Notes under the pieces: model-generated
What the model saw: only the letters and a program-made list of their open reading frames with translations
Told to the model about the DNA's origin: nothing
Databases searched by the model: none
Shown here: one piece after another, positions 52,258 to 64,000 of the stretch
Layout: each line of letters starts with the position of its first letter
Numbering within the stretch: the first letter of the stretch is position 1
Assembly (NCBI RefSeq): GCF_006345805.1
Contig: NC_043006.1
Span: forward strand, 42,160,001-42,224,000
Source of the DNA: Octopus sinensis
Taxonomy: Eukaryota
Length of the DNA: 64,000 nt
Reading direction: 5' to 3'
Made by a program: the position numbers and the translations under genes

Positions 52258-52980
52258 TTTTAAGGTAGTAAACTGGTAGAATCGTTAGCAAGTGGAACAA
52301 AATGTTTGCGACATTTCTTCCTGCTTTACGTTCTAAGTTCAAATTCCGCCGAGGCCCACCTTGCTTTTCATCCCTTCGGGGTCGATAAAATAAGTGTCAT
52401 TTGAGCGTCGGAGTCGATGCATGACCAGTGCCTCAACCACAATATCAGGCTTTGTGACTGACGCTACAAGTGCAAAAGGATTAAAACAAACGCAAGACAC
52501 TTTTTTTTCTACTAGATTGGTTCCACAGTGGCTTGGTGTGAAGTTAAGTTGGTATTCGTGCCAATATCTCTTCATCTAAGGCGGCGAGCTGGCAGAATCG
52601 TTAGCACGCCGGGCGAAATGCTTTGCGGTATTTCGTCTGCCGTTACGTTCTGAGTTCAAATTCCACCGAGGTCGACTTTGCCTTTCATCTTTTCGGGGTC
52701 GATTAAATTAGTACCAGTTACGCACTGGGGCTGATATAATCGACTTAATCCGTTTGTCTGTCCTTGTTTGTCCTCTTTATGTTTAGCCCCTTGTGGGTAG
52801 TAAAGAAATAGGTATTTCGTCTGTCTTTACGTTCTGAGTTCAAATTCCGCTGAGGTCGACTTTGCCTTTCATCCTTTCGGGGTCAATAAATTAAGTACCA
52901 GTTACGTACTGGAGTCGATTTTTTGACTGGCCCCTTCACCCAAAATTTCAGGCCTTGCACCTAGAATAGAAAAGAATATC
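52258..52980 (+). mobile_element. SINE B copy plus a two-unit SINE B concatemer (52577-52980)
   Basis: Order head-body-tail2-body-tail1. Confidence 0.85.
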
Positions 52981-53520
52981 TCCTAAGAAGAACTGATTTA
53001 AGTACCAACAAGTAACAAGATCAATTGGGGTTTAATACCCAACTGCAGATACAGATATTCGGGAACATTAGGGTAACAAACAATTAAGCGAATAGCGGTG
53101 GTTACTATTCAGACACGCTGCGTTGTGCCTAGGAGAAAGACACAACTGCTATCGAACGAGTCAGTAGTGAAGCCTCCCAGCGTGCTAGATATAACTACCA
53201 TGTTTCAATATAATCACTCCTAACTGCCTTAACAAAGGAAAGTAGACGTTGGATAATATAGGCGTTGATATGCTAAAGACGTTCGATATGATACAGAGGG
53301 AAAGTCTTTGATCATAGGCCTATTCGAGAAGGGATGATTTGGGTCTATCAAATAACCAAATCAAGTATTAACCAGTGTTGCAAAGGAGTGCGGCAACGTT
53401 AACAAAGTTTGTTCTCTCAATCCAAAAGTTTTTGATTTCGATTCATCTCATTTCCTTGCAATGGGTATACTTCATTCCTATTCATGTTTCTAGTCCTCTC
53501 GAGGACAGATGTGAGCCGTA

Positions 53521-53945
53521 TACTCTTTTTTACTCTTTTACTCTTTTACTTGTTTCAGTCATTTGTCTGCGGCCATGCTGGGGCACCGCCTTTAGTCGAG
53601 CAAATCGCCCCCACGGCTTATTCTTTGTAAGCCTAGTACTAATTCTATCGGTCTCTTTTGCCGAACCGCTAAGTTACGGGGGCGTAAACACACCAGCATC
53701 GGTTGTCAGGCGATGTTGGGGGGACAAACACAGACACACAAACATATACACACAGATACATACATATATATATATATATACGACGGGCTTCTTTTCAGTT
53801 TCCGTCTACCAAATCCACTCACAAGGCTTTGGTCGGCTCCAGGCTATAGTAGAAGACACTTGCCCAAGGTGCCACGCAGTGGGACTGAACCCGGAACCAT
53901 GTGGTTGGTAAGCAAGCTATCTACCACACATCCACTCCTGCGCCT
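53521..53945 (-). mobile_element. SINE family A, full length, low divergence
   Basis: (ctcttttta)-like tail through to ccactcctgcgcc. Confidence 0.9.
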
Positions 53946-54029
53946 ATATATTTTATTTCTCTTTTTTTCACGAAGAAACAATGTAACAACTAAAAGAAAA
54001 CTATAACTGTTCTTTATTAACATTATAGT

Positions 54030-54372
54030 CACGGCTGTGTAGTTAAGAAGGTTGTTTTGCAACCCCTTGTTTTGGTGTTCAGTCCCGCTGCGCGGATTCT
54101 TGAGTGAATGTTTTCTGTTATAGGAACAACCAATGGAACAACCAATGCCTTATGACTGAATTTGGTAGACGGAAACTGCGAAAGAACTCTTCGTATATAT
54201 ATAGGAATATGTACTTACATAAGGCCAACGAGGGTACGGACGTCGCTATATATATTCGAAATTGCTAGGATGATCCGGTTCTTGACTGAAGATTGAAGGC
54301 TTCGAATGTCCCGTCCGTGTTTTTTGTATCGTCTTCTAAATGTTTTACGTTCTTGTCCCAGTTTGTATTTTC

Positions 54373-54423
<51 letters not shown>

Positions 54424-54610
54424 TGTGTGTGCGTGTGTATCTGTATGTATGAATGTCCTTTCGTCTGTATTTGCACTTGCTCCACTGCTAGAATAAGTAC
54501 CGAACTTTTAAAATAATAACTTCTAGGGTCAATATTTTCGACTAAAACTTATCAAGGCAGTGCTCCAGCTGGCCGCAGTAGTGATTGCAACAAGTAAGTG
54601 ATAAAAGATA
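54030..54610 (+). mobile_element. Decayed SINE family A with a Penelope-like remnant (about 54200-54375) in its internal (TA)n
   Basis: Head 54030-54195; insert with CTGAAGA...cgaatgtcccgtc; tail to 54610. Confidence 0.6.
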
Positions 54611-56612
54611 AAATGTTATATAAATAAGGAAAGTAATAGGACAGAATAAATAAAAGATATCAATGCTTATGTGATTATCTTTATTTATTTATGAGAAATG
54701 GTAACTGGGGAACTTAGAAATTCATGTTTTCGCAATGATATTAAAAGTACATTCAATGTCAATGAAAACAATCGAAGTGACGGAACCAAGTCGAAGACTT
54801 TAACCCATGGGATTCCTTTATCCTTGTCTCCTTGTCTTCAGATTTTTTAACCATTAAGCAACGAACATTTAATATTTTTTTGTTTATTAGTATTATATTA
54901 TAACCCGTCAAGTTGTATTATCAGGAGAAGAAAATAAACCTTTTTTATATTGGTATTGATCGCTTCCAAACTACTGTTCTCATGGCCTTTCAAAGGCAGG
55001 CCCTCCGTGTTGATAAGTTACCAACTTGCATATGACAGTTCGAATCGTACTGCAATCAAAGTCCTTCGCCTAAGTTTCTAAACTTTACCTTTTGAGCTCG
55101 TTCGTTATCACCGCCATTACATACACCACAGACTGACTTAAGGCCCTGAAAGGCCCTCCACGTTGTTAAGTTACCAACTTGCGCATAGTAGTTCGAATCG
55201 TACTACAATGAAAGTCCTTAGCCTAGGTTTCTAAACTTAACCTTTTGAGGTGGTTCGTTATCACTGCCATTATATACACCACAGACTGACTCAACTCTCT
55301 CGTCACTTTGACGAATGAGAGTCCAGCAAGACATAGCTGCGCAGTGTCCTTAGTCGCCACTGGATTTCTGAAGATAGTGTGTTGGTGTTGATGCAGGCAT
55401 CTTGGTTTTCTGACCCATCTGCATGTTGAATATTATTATTGTGGGCGTGTTTTGAATAGAATCTGTCCCCTCCTGTCCTTCAACTTGTATTGGTTAGATC
55501 CCGCCGACCCATTGGCTACCAGGATGAAAGATTTTTATAGAGTTGTCTCCTCTTAGATGAGCAGCTTAGGAGCTGAAGAGTTACATCTGCTCTGGGTCCA
55601 TTGGGGTGTCTCTGACTGTTCATCTTCTGGAGGCGATTCCGTAGCTAGGAGCCTGGCAAATACTACTGCTCCAAGCTAGAGTAGATCTAGCAACAGTAAT
55701 GGCAGGTCAGGGCCCCACTACTGGATGCTGTTTAAAGTCATACACGGTATAGAGCCATTATTTACATGTGTGTATGTATATTTATATTTACGTATATGTC
55801 AGTGTGAGTAAGCCGTTTAATTAATACATTTTAATCCCTAATTTTTCATTATTAGATCTGGCATAAGGGAACGAATTTAACAGAACGAAAACATTAACCT
55901 TCAGCAAAAAACATAGTTTTCTTCAGTATAACTACTTAAAATAAGCATTAAAATAAGCAGGTGCTTTTGGTTCCCAGCCTGAGCGAGGGTTTAGCACGCG
56001 CCAACCGCTTTAAAAGTCCTCATAAGCAATCGAACAGATTATTAGCGCTGATCCATGATACGCAAATTTCTGAGTGCTATCAAGTTGAAAGGCTGAAAAG
56101 GGACGAAAAACTAAATGTGAAGACTGTTATAATAACACTAATAAAATGAACGAATGTGTTTCAGTGGCATTCTTATTTGTTCTGAGCATTCTCCAAATGG
56201 CTTACCATAACTAAGCAGTTTTCCATATAACCCTTTGCATCGCCCGTTGCCGCTTTAAATTACTTGAAGATTTTAAAAATCTTAAAAATTCGGCACAATA
56301 TTTTCGATTGGCAGTCCCAGTTGCTGAAAATCGTGTTTGATAGTCCATAAACTGTAACAATGGGCTTTAAAACATTGAACTTTTGTAGTGTTAGGGTTAG
56401 GAATCATATTATTGGGACTAATAGATGTAAAACATAACAGAGACTACCAGTGTGAACGATAAAGATTTGCAGAGGCACTGAAGTACTTTAATGAATCGAA
56501 ACTGCAATTCGGCATTAATACAACAGTTTCTTTTTAATACATCCCTTAATCATCTCTGAAAATATTTTTCATTCATTCTTTTTTTTATATTTTGTCTCTT
56601 CGTATTTTCCTA

Positions 56613-56860
56613 TTACTCTTTTACTCTCTTACTCTTTTACTTGTTTCAGTCATTTGACTGCGGCCATGCTGGAGCACCGCCTTTAGTCGAAGAAATCGAC
56701 CCCACAACTTAATCTTTGTAAGCCTAGTATTTATCCTATCGGACCCTTCTGCCGAACCGCTAAGTTACGGGGACGTAAACACACCAGCATCGATTGTCAA
56801 GCGAGGTTGGGGAGACAAACACAGACACACAAATATATACACACACATACATTTATATAT

Positions 56861-56905
<45 letters not shown>

Positions 56906-57065
56906 GATGGGCTTCTTTCAGTTTCCGTCTACCAAATCCACTCACAAGGTTTTGGTCGGCCCGAGGCTATAGTAGAAGACAGTTTCCCAAGGTGCCACGC
57001 AGTCGGACTGAACCCAGAACCATGCGGTTGGTAAGCAAGCTACTTACCACATAGCCACTCCTATG
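56613..57065 (-). mobile_element. SINE family A, full length
   Basis: All modules present. Confidence 0.9.
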
Positions 57066-57999
57066 CCTATGATGATGATTATGATATTGATGAGGAAGCG
57101 TATGAAAACAGGTTAAGACAAAGAAGGTTGAAGGATTAGGATGAGAAATGAGTGTCAAATAAAATGTCTCTTGTGTAAATTTGCTGAAAGATTGCAGGTC
57201 TTATTTATCGTTACCATCGTTGTCCGTTTCGAAAAACAACGTAAGACAACCAAGAGACTGACTTGTAGAAAACAGTTATAAAAAGTGGGCAATAAATGCA
57301 GAGTTTAAGTCTATTTAAAATACTAAATTATCATATAGGAAACTTTTTTGTGTCGTTATTTTTAAGAAAAAAAAAGTTTTAATAGTCTTCGAAAATTTCA
57401 CCTAAACCTAAGTCTAATGAAAAGTTCACTGTTGAAACAGTTATAGTATTTTCAGAGATTGTGTCTGGAAAATGTCTGTCTCATTTACATTGAATTACCT
57501 TTAAATCGTGGCAATAAAAACAACTGGCAATGCGAAATATATTGCAGCTATTTATTTCAATTTCTGCTCTAGTCTTTACCTTATATTGCAAGTGATAAAT
57601 GGTATTAAATCTTACTGCAATTCCATGAAACAAAACAAACAAAAAATCAATATAATTTGCAAAAACAAATAAAGCAACTGAAGTAAAAACTGAAAAATAC
57701 AAATCTCAATAAGAAAGCACTGTTTATTAAGTGAGGTATCTTACTGAAGACTGAACCAAATAATTCTGGAGAAATTTTACTGTTGTTTCTGATATAACCT
57801 TTTTTATGCGTGAGGGTGTTGATAGCGCCGAAGCAGGAAATAAAATATTCATTTTGCATCGATAGCAGTTAAGAGCTTCATACGGCCTCAAGAATTCACC
57901 TCCTTTTTTGATTTAATAAGATTTCGGCGGCCGTGTCTGAAATCACATTTTGATTCTTTGATGGAATGATTTCATTTTATAGACAGCGCTAATCCTAGT

Positions 58000-58225
58000 G
58001 GCCTAAATATTGGTTTCAAATTTTGGCACGAGGCCAGCAATTTTGAGGAGGGGTAAATCGATTACACCAACCCCAGTGCATCACTGGTACCTATTTTATC
58101 GACTTCGAATGGATGAAATGGTATATCAACTACGGCGGAATTTAATCTCAGAGCATAAAGACAGACAAAATAGTACTAAGCATTTTCACCGGTATGCTAA
58201 CGATTCCACCAGCTCACCGCCTTTG
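58000..58225 (-). mobile_element. Decayed SINE B
   Basis: ggcacgaggccagcaatttt...ccagctcaccgcctt. Confidence 0.7.
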
Positions 58226-58284
58226 TGACCTAAATATTTGTATCATAAGTTGCAGTTAAACCTTTCTCAAATATAAACGCTTGC

Positions 58285-58362
58285 TTGGCAGAAATCAACA
58301 TTGAAAGCTGTAAATTAGGCGAAACAGATCGACGCCTTGCCGATCGCTTTGGAAAGCTTATT
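58285..58362 (+). mobile_element. Fragment of a Penelope GIY-YIG endonuclease
   Basis: KLGETDRRLADRFGK matches the YIGETxRRLxDRFxEH-type motif; abuts (CA)n/(TA)n. Confidence 0.5.
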
Positions 58363-58386
58363 CACACACACATACACACACAGGTG

Positions 58387-58429
<43 letters not shown>

Positions 58430-58536
58430 ATCACGTGACCGACCAGACCACCAGATGTTGTTACACATCGCTGGTCACACTGCGTTCGCATTGTTTTAGC
58501 CTTCGAATGACGCCACCACGCTGGCTAAGCGAGCAG

Positions 58537-58586
<50 letters not shown>

Positions 58587-58602
58587 ATATATGTACATGC
58601 AT

Positions 58603-58714
<112 letters not shown>

Positions 58715-58888
58715 AAGGGGTTTGATTGTGTACAGAGGAATATATTATTCAAAGGAATTCCAACTCTGTCTGTTTTTTATGTTTTATTTATATTCTTTAT
58801 AATATTAATGTAGAATATAGAATATATAGCATATATAGTATATATAATAATTTGAAATGAAGTATTGATTGTCTTATTGAATAGATGA

Positions 58889-59069
58889 AATATTGACTTT
58901 CAAATATTAAGGGACTATTATACTTTCCTGCATTGAAGCAGTTTTCAAGGTCCCACGTTGTGACAGGAATGTTTCGACAGTTGAAACATTCCTGTCACAA
59001 CCTGGGACCTTGAAAACTGCTTCAATGCAAGAAAGTATACTAGTCCCTTAATATTTGATATTCAATATT
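58889..59069. repeat. About 87-bp-arm inverted repeat with a 7-nt loop
   Basis: ...aagggactattatactttcctgcattgaagcagttttcaaggtcccacgttgtgacaggaatgtttc-gacagtt-gaaacattcctgtcacaacctgggacc...; three scattered mismatches in the core. Confidence 0.9.
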
Positions 59070-59387
59070 AGAATATTTCCTTTCTCCATAGAGCATCGTG
59101 TGTATAATGGGTCCTGTATTGTGATAACAGCATCTATTGAAAGTTAATTTCTTCAGTCAGTATCGCGTGCGGAGTCAACTCTATTTTGAAAGCATGTGTA
59201 GCATTAGCCCTATTTTGTGTGCAGGAAACGTCTTGTTCAAGGCTGTCACTGATTAGATATGCCTGTTGACGTGAAGTACACTAATTGATAGTTCATTTCA
59301 GCGAATTATTTCAATCGTAAAGTGAATCTACGCCGCCGTGAGCGCTATATCATCTGTATGATGTGGAAAATATTCCATTAAAATTAA

Positions 59388-59783
59388 CCAAACGATATAG
59401 GTACCATCTTTAAAATTCATCCGAGGATTGGCCTCCATGCCATCCGTCCACTACAGAAATCATGTTCATGTCATATCCCAACACTACGACAGAAGTATTT
59501 CACCTCAACTGGCCCTGCTCTCTTCAACATCGTGCCGGCCTACATAAAGGAGGAAAGTGATTTCACGGCATTCAAACGGTCCCTAAATGATTATCTCCAA
59601 CAAATACCAGACAAACCACCCACACCCGAATATGTCACTGAAAATAATAACTCTCTGCTCGAATGGGATATGGTGCCCCAAGAGCTGACTGTGTATCTCT
59701 TCCAGTTAGTGCTATTAAATTAGACATGGCGTGGGCCAACTTCGGCCGAAACTTATCTAAGTAATTTAAGTAACCTAAGTAAA
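59388..59783 (+). mobile_element. 3' end of a CR1/L2-group LINE
   Basis: Open frame ...STGPALFNIVPAYIKEESDFTAFKRSLNDYLQQIPDKPPTPEY...NSLLEW, then ggccgaaac and (taagtaa)n-like terminal repeats. Confidence 0.8.
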
Positions 59784-62700
59784 ATATTGTGTTTGTATCG
59801 GCAGCATGATTCGAAATTTAGTTCACTCTTCTTTTAGAGATTCTCTAGAAGCTCATGACAGTTAAAAATACAGGATTCTAACACTGTGGCTTATTAGAAT
59901 ATACAAAAGTTATCCGTTGCCGCGGAACAATTAACATCGACAACATAAGGAAGGAACTAATTGCAACGTAAAAGGTAATCTTTCAAAAGAAATACCTGCA
60001 AAAGTAATAAAGTAATTGCTTTGTCATACATGATAGAATAAAACCTAAGACCAATACTGGACTGAAGTACGTTTGCAAAGGTTAATTAAACCTTCCAAAA
60101 CCTAAATCTGTTATATGTTACATAAGTCTTTTGATTCTAGAAATATGGCTAGACATTCATGTAAAATCTTTGGTTTATTCTAATTATCACTTTTAGAAAA
60201 CTTCAAAGTCGAGAACGTAATTCTATACAGGTATATGGATAACAGGTGATGTGAAACGTTAACCACTAAACCGAGAAGCTGTGTTTCTGTTAACGCATTT
60301 GACAGAACTGTTCTATAAAATTCAATTAATCATTTTACTTTGGGCTTGGATCTGAGAAAGAAAATTTACAACAAATTGGAGTGCGTCCCTAATTCAATAT
60401 TCCTACATTCTGAGTAAAATATCATATCTTGATTATATTACCTACAGGTAACTCAACAATTACAGTTAATTGGGCTTTGATTATCGTTTCAGTTCTTTGA
60501 AGTCCTTTTACAACAGTTAACTGAGTGTGATTAACTTTGTCGGTCAGAGGAGCAATATCAAAACGCAAAACGATCAAATCCTATAATTTTATAAATCCAT
60601 TTTCTGAAACAGGGTATTTAAGAAAAATAATAAACTTCATTATGTTGTTTATGGTGGAAGTTTGTCAGAATCATGTTAACGAAAGCGTTGTGACCTGTTA
60701 TAACTCGATATTAACGTTTCCAGTGTGATGTTATGCATGTAAACCTTGATTTTGCTTAGCTCTAGATCAATTTTCATTGAATAAACTCATGGCAAATATG
60801 TTGTCCGTCGAAAGCCAAGGTGCTTTTCACAACATTGTCGGACCGAGCAATGTGTTGTGTTTTTGAGCAAAACACTCATTTCACATTACTCCCAAGTAAA
60901 GCAAACCTCCAACGGACTGGCGTCCCGTTCAGGAAGAATGTTATGATTTCGGTCACTTATATGCCATGGGAACGGGGTAACTGAGCCTGTGAGTCCTAGG
61001 ACTTGTATCCAGAATTGATAATGAATCGTAATGAGTCACAACCACATATCCCGTGTTTCAGACATATCATGTCTCTCTCGAGTTATCATTCATTCTGACT
61101 CGTGTTAATTTATCGTATGTTGTACAATGCGGCAGTCTGGGCACGTCGATTATCTCCCCTATCTAGTTTATTCCTAAATCGCTTTCCTTTCTTTTAATGA
61201 TGGTGTTTACCACAAAAGATTTAGATAAAACTAACTTGATCGGACCTTAAAAGCCATTGATCTAATGTAATTATCATTTAATATTTACAGTGGTTTGAAG
61301 TAACCCAATACTTTCTAGTCAGTTTGCTCTGGAGAAAAATATTGTACCCAAGGCCTTTGCTGGCTCCCCTAAACCGGGAGGTATCGATACGGTCAATGCT
61401 CCTTCTTAGTGTAGGCTAACTAGTATATTTACGGTTCTACTACTTTTGTATGTATGAGCACGGTAGAGACGAAATGGTTTGGAAAAGAAATAGTATACTT
61501 AATTGAACATAACTCACACATCCCATCATTTTAGGTATTTACTTTAATCAACCATTAAATATAGTATTCAACATATCAAATTACCAAACTAATTACAGCG
61601 ATGAATCACTTCTCAGTTACATTCGCTGCAACGGTTGTCGGCCGTCTGTATTTGTCGATAGGATATGCGAATCAAGACAGATTGGAATTTAAGGAGCTTA
61701 TTGATTCTGATTGCTTTGTGTGTGTATATATACTTTGGGTATGGTAGCGTGTGTATATATACTTTGGGTATGGTAAATGAGTTCAGCAAAAATTTAGATT
61801 CAGATGAATATAAGTTGAGGCACCAGAATTTAGTACGGTATTATCCATACAATTTCAAAGTAAGATGATTAAAATCAAAATACGCAACAAGGATATCGAG
61901 AGGTAATGCGGTACGATCGTTTCATGCAACTCCATTTAATTGAACAATACGAGTGAGGAGTTTTGTGGACAGACTGTAGACATATATATATATCAGTTTA
62001 CAAGTTTTCTGAGACTGGAATGCGACTGAAATTTTTAACAAGTGCAAGAAAGAGATTCTACAAGTATATTTGTAAAAGATTGGCTCTAGATATCGCATTA
62101 ATGTTTATTTTCGGATATTGTGTATCTGATTTTATGTCTCTTTTAATGTCCAGTGAAATGTCCAGTGAGACATCGTCAGTAGTTTCGTCATGATCCCATT
62201 GCTAAATATTATCATTGAGTTTTAAACTGGTTTCAATTCATCATCGGAATTTCGATTAATGATTTTTTTTTCTATATTCTGAAGCATGGATTTTCTCAAC
62301 ACAACACGTAGGAAATATATTTCATTATTAAAATGCATACAACTCAACTTGATATTGACTTACCATAAACGTTTTCTTAATAAACATACTTTACAGACGT
62401 CGACATGAGTGATACGACATGTGTATGCCTACGGTTTGCATTTGATGTTTATTCTCATAACGTTGTATTTGAAACTTAGTTCAGATCAATGCTCACAGTT
62501 AAATGGAGATTTGGCAGTTGAGATTTCATTTCCATTGGATGGTCGTTGTCACTGAGTCCGTTACAATGGCATCACTATGATGATATAACGAAGGGGTTAC
62601 GCAGGATTATATGCATTAGAGCTTCCTACGAATAGAATAATGTTAATACTCGCCCGTTGGGACATTTTGTAAAATATGGTAAGATGCAAGACGCGAACTA

Positions 62701-63053
62701 GTTAATCTGCTCTGGTACACACTACAAGAAGTAGAAGGTTTTGTTGATACAAATAGGTAGTTATCCAATCGTTAAAAGACCCGTGATAGAGTATATAGTT
62801 GCATCTTTTTTCATAGATGAGATAAAATAGAAATAAAGAAATAACTTGTTCCTCCCATGTAGTTTCTGTTACATACGAGTAATTTAAAACATCGGGAATT
62901 TTGCTTATCTATAATGTATTACTGACAAGCAAAACGAAAACATTTTAAAATTAGATTTTAGCCTAGAAATCAGTAAGTAAATATATTAATATGTATTAAT
63001 ATTAAACATTTTCGTAAGAGCTATTTTGTTTTCTCCAAAATTAAACCTTGCAA

Positions 63054-63110
<57 letters not shown>

Positions 63111-64000
63111 TATTTGTGTATGTCTTAAGAGATATATTCTAGAAGTCATGCAAAAACACAACTGTAGAAAATTTTATTAATATATGCCTAATGATATATC
63201 GTTTACACTTCATTGAAAAACGCAAGCATTATGGTAATGATGTATTATATAAACACATCTGTTATATCCGTCAAAAATATCAACCAATCTGCTTATACCA
63301 AATATATTTCAACCTGTGACATTAAACTTCATTTCATATCTGAAAATATATTCCGTCCCCGAGATTCACTGAAGCATGAAAACTACAGTAGGGTGACCAC
63401 TTTAATCTTTGTCTCTTGAAAGAAAGAGAAAGAAAAAAGGATTAATGCCATCAAAATGTCAACGCTGAATGTAATCCTATAACTGAAGAAAAACTATTTA
63501 CAGAAGCTGGCCTACTGTATGAATTGAACACCCAACGTTTATGCTACTTTTCATGTAAGCATGATATCGAATCGATATTTGCATATTAATATCAGATCGG
63601 CATTTCCAACAGAGATTTTGCAAAACGATTCAACAAGCAATTTAATCTGAGAACATAAAAAGGAAAAAATTAAAACATCATTTTATGCTTTTCGTTATTT
63701 TTTTTTCCATTTCTAATTATGTAAAAGTTCGCAACCTAGTTTCGTCTAGTAGTAGTAGTAGTTTCAACTCTCTTAAGTTCTTGGATACCATACATTTCCA
63801 TGTTTCTCCTGCTTTTATATCGTCCGAAGCATTGCTGCTAATCGAGAAATCAATTGTCCTATTTTATATTTTACCTACATTCTTCTGATTTCAATCCGCA
63901 AGGAAATCAGCGTTACATTAATGCTTCCACGGCATCCACACTTATTACAGCACAGTTACAGAAAATATAAGTTTGGCTTCCACTTCAAATACAATCTTTC

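Noticed and set aside
55130-55160. ctgacttaaggccctgaaaggcc as a hammerhead
   Set aside because: The core is not CUGANGA and no GAAA follows the hairpin.
63700-63860. Minus-strand NLRELKLLLLDETRL as a leucine-rich repeat
   Set aside because: The leucine run comes from a (CTA)n microsatellite, and the frame is short and closed.

Overview
AT-rich, repeat-saturated eukaryotic DNA. The SINE families and dense (TA)n/(GATA)n/(ATT)n/(GGT)n tracts look like an octopus or other coleoid cephalopod genome (inference from recalled repeat families). Almost all ORFs in the supplied track are microsatellite or transposon artefacts. The one host-gene segment I can support is a 110-bp + strand exon (43580-43689) encoding KWNDTNLVWNPEDFGNITLIRLPPKKLWKPDILMYN(S), the exon-4 equivalent of an alpha7-like nicotinic acetylcholine receptor subunit. 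I found none of its neighbouring exons, so most of the window is probably its very long introns. The most striking element is an 870-bp spacerless palindrome (4801-5670) embedded in (TA)n. It is built from a non-coding 459-bp monomer, and each arm carries an intact minimal type I hammerhead ribozyme (Penelope pLTR or retrozyme-like). Related remnants recur inside the internal (TA)n of one SINE family. Also present: a TSD-bounded ORF1-only (HAL1-like) retroelement inserted in a SINE A-box, SINE concatemers, a foldback mariner, an RLE-type LINE end flanked by (TACA)n, several MITEs and decayed LINE/Helitron fragments. No CRISPR array, rRNA or true tRNA gene was seen. Boundaries of decayed repeats are approximate.
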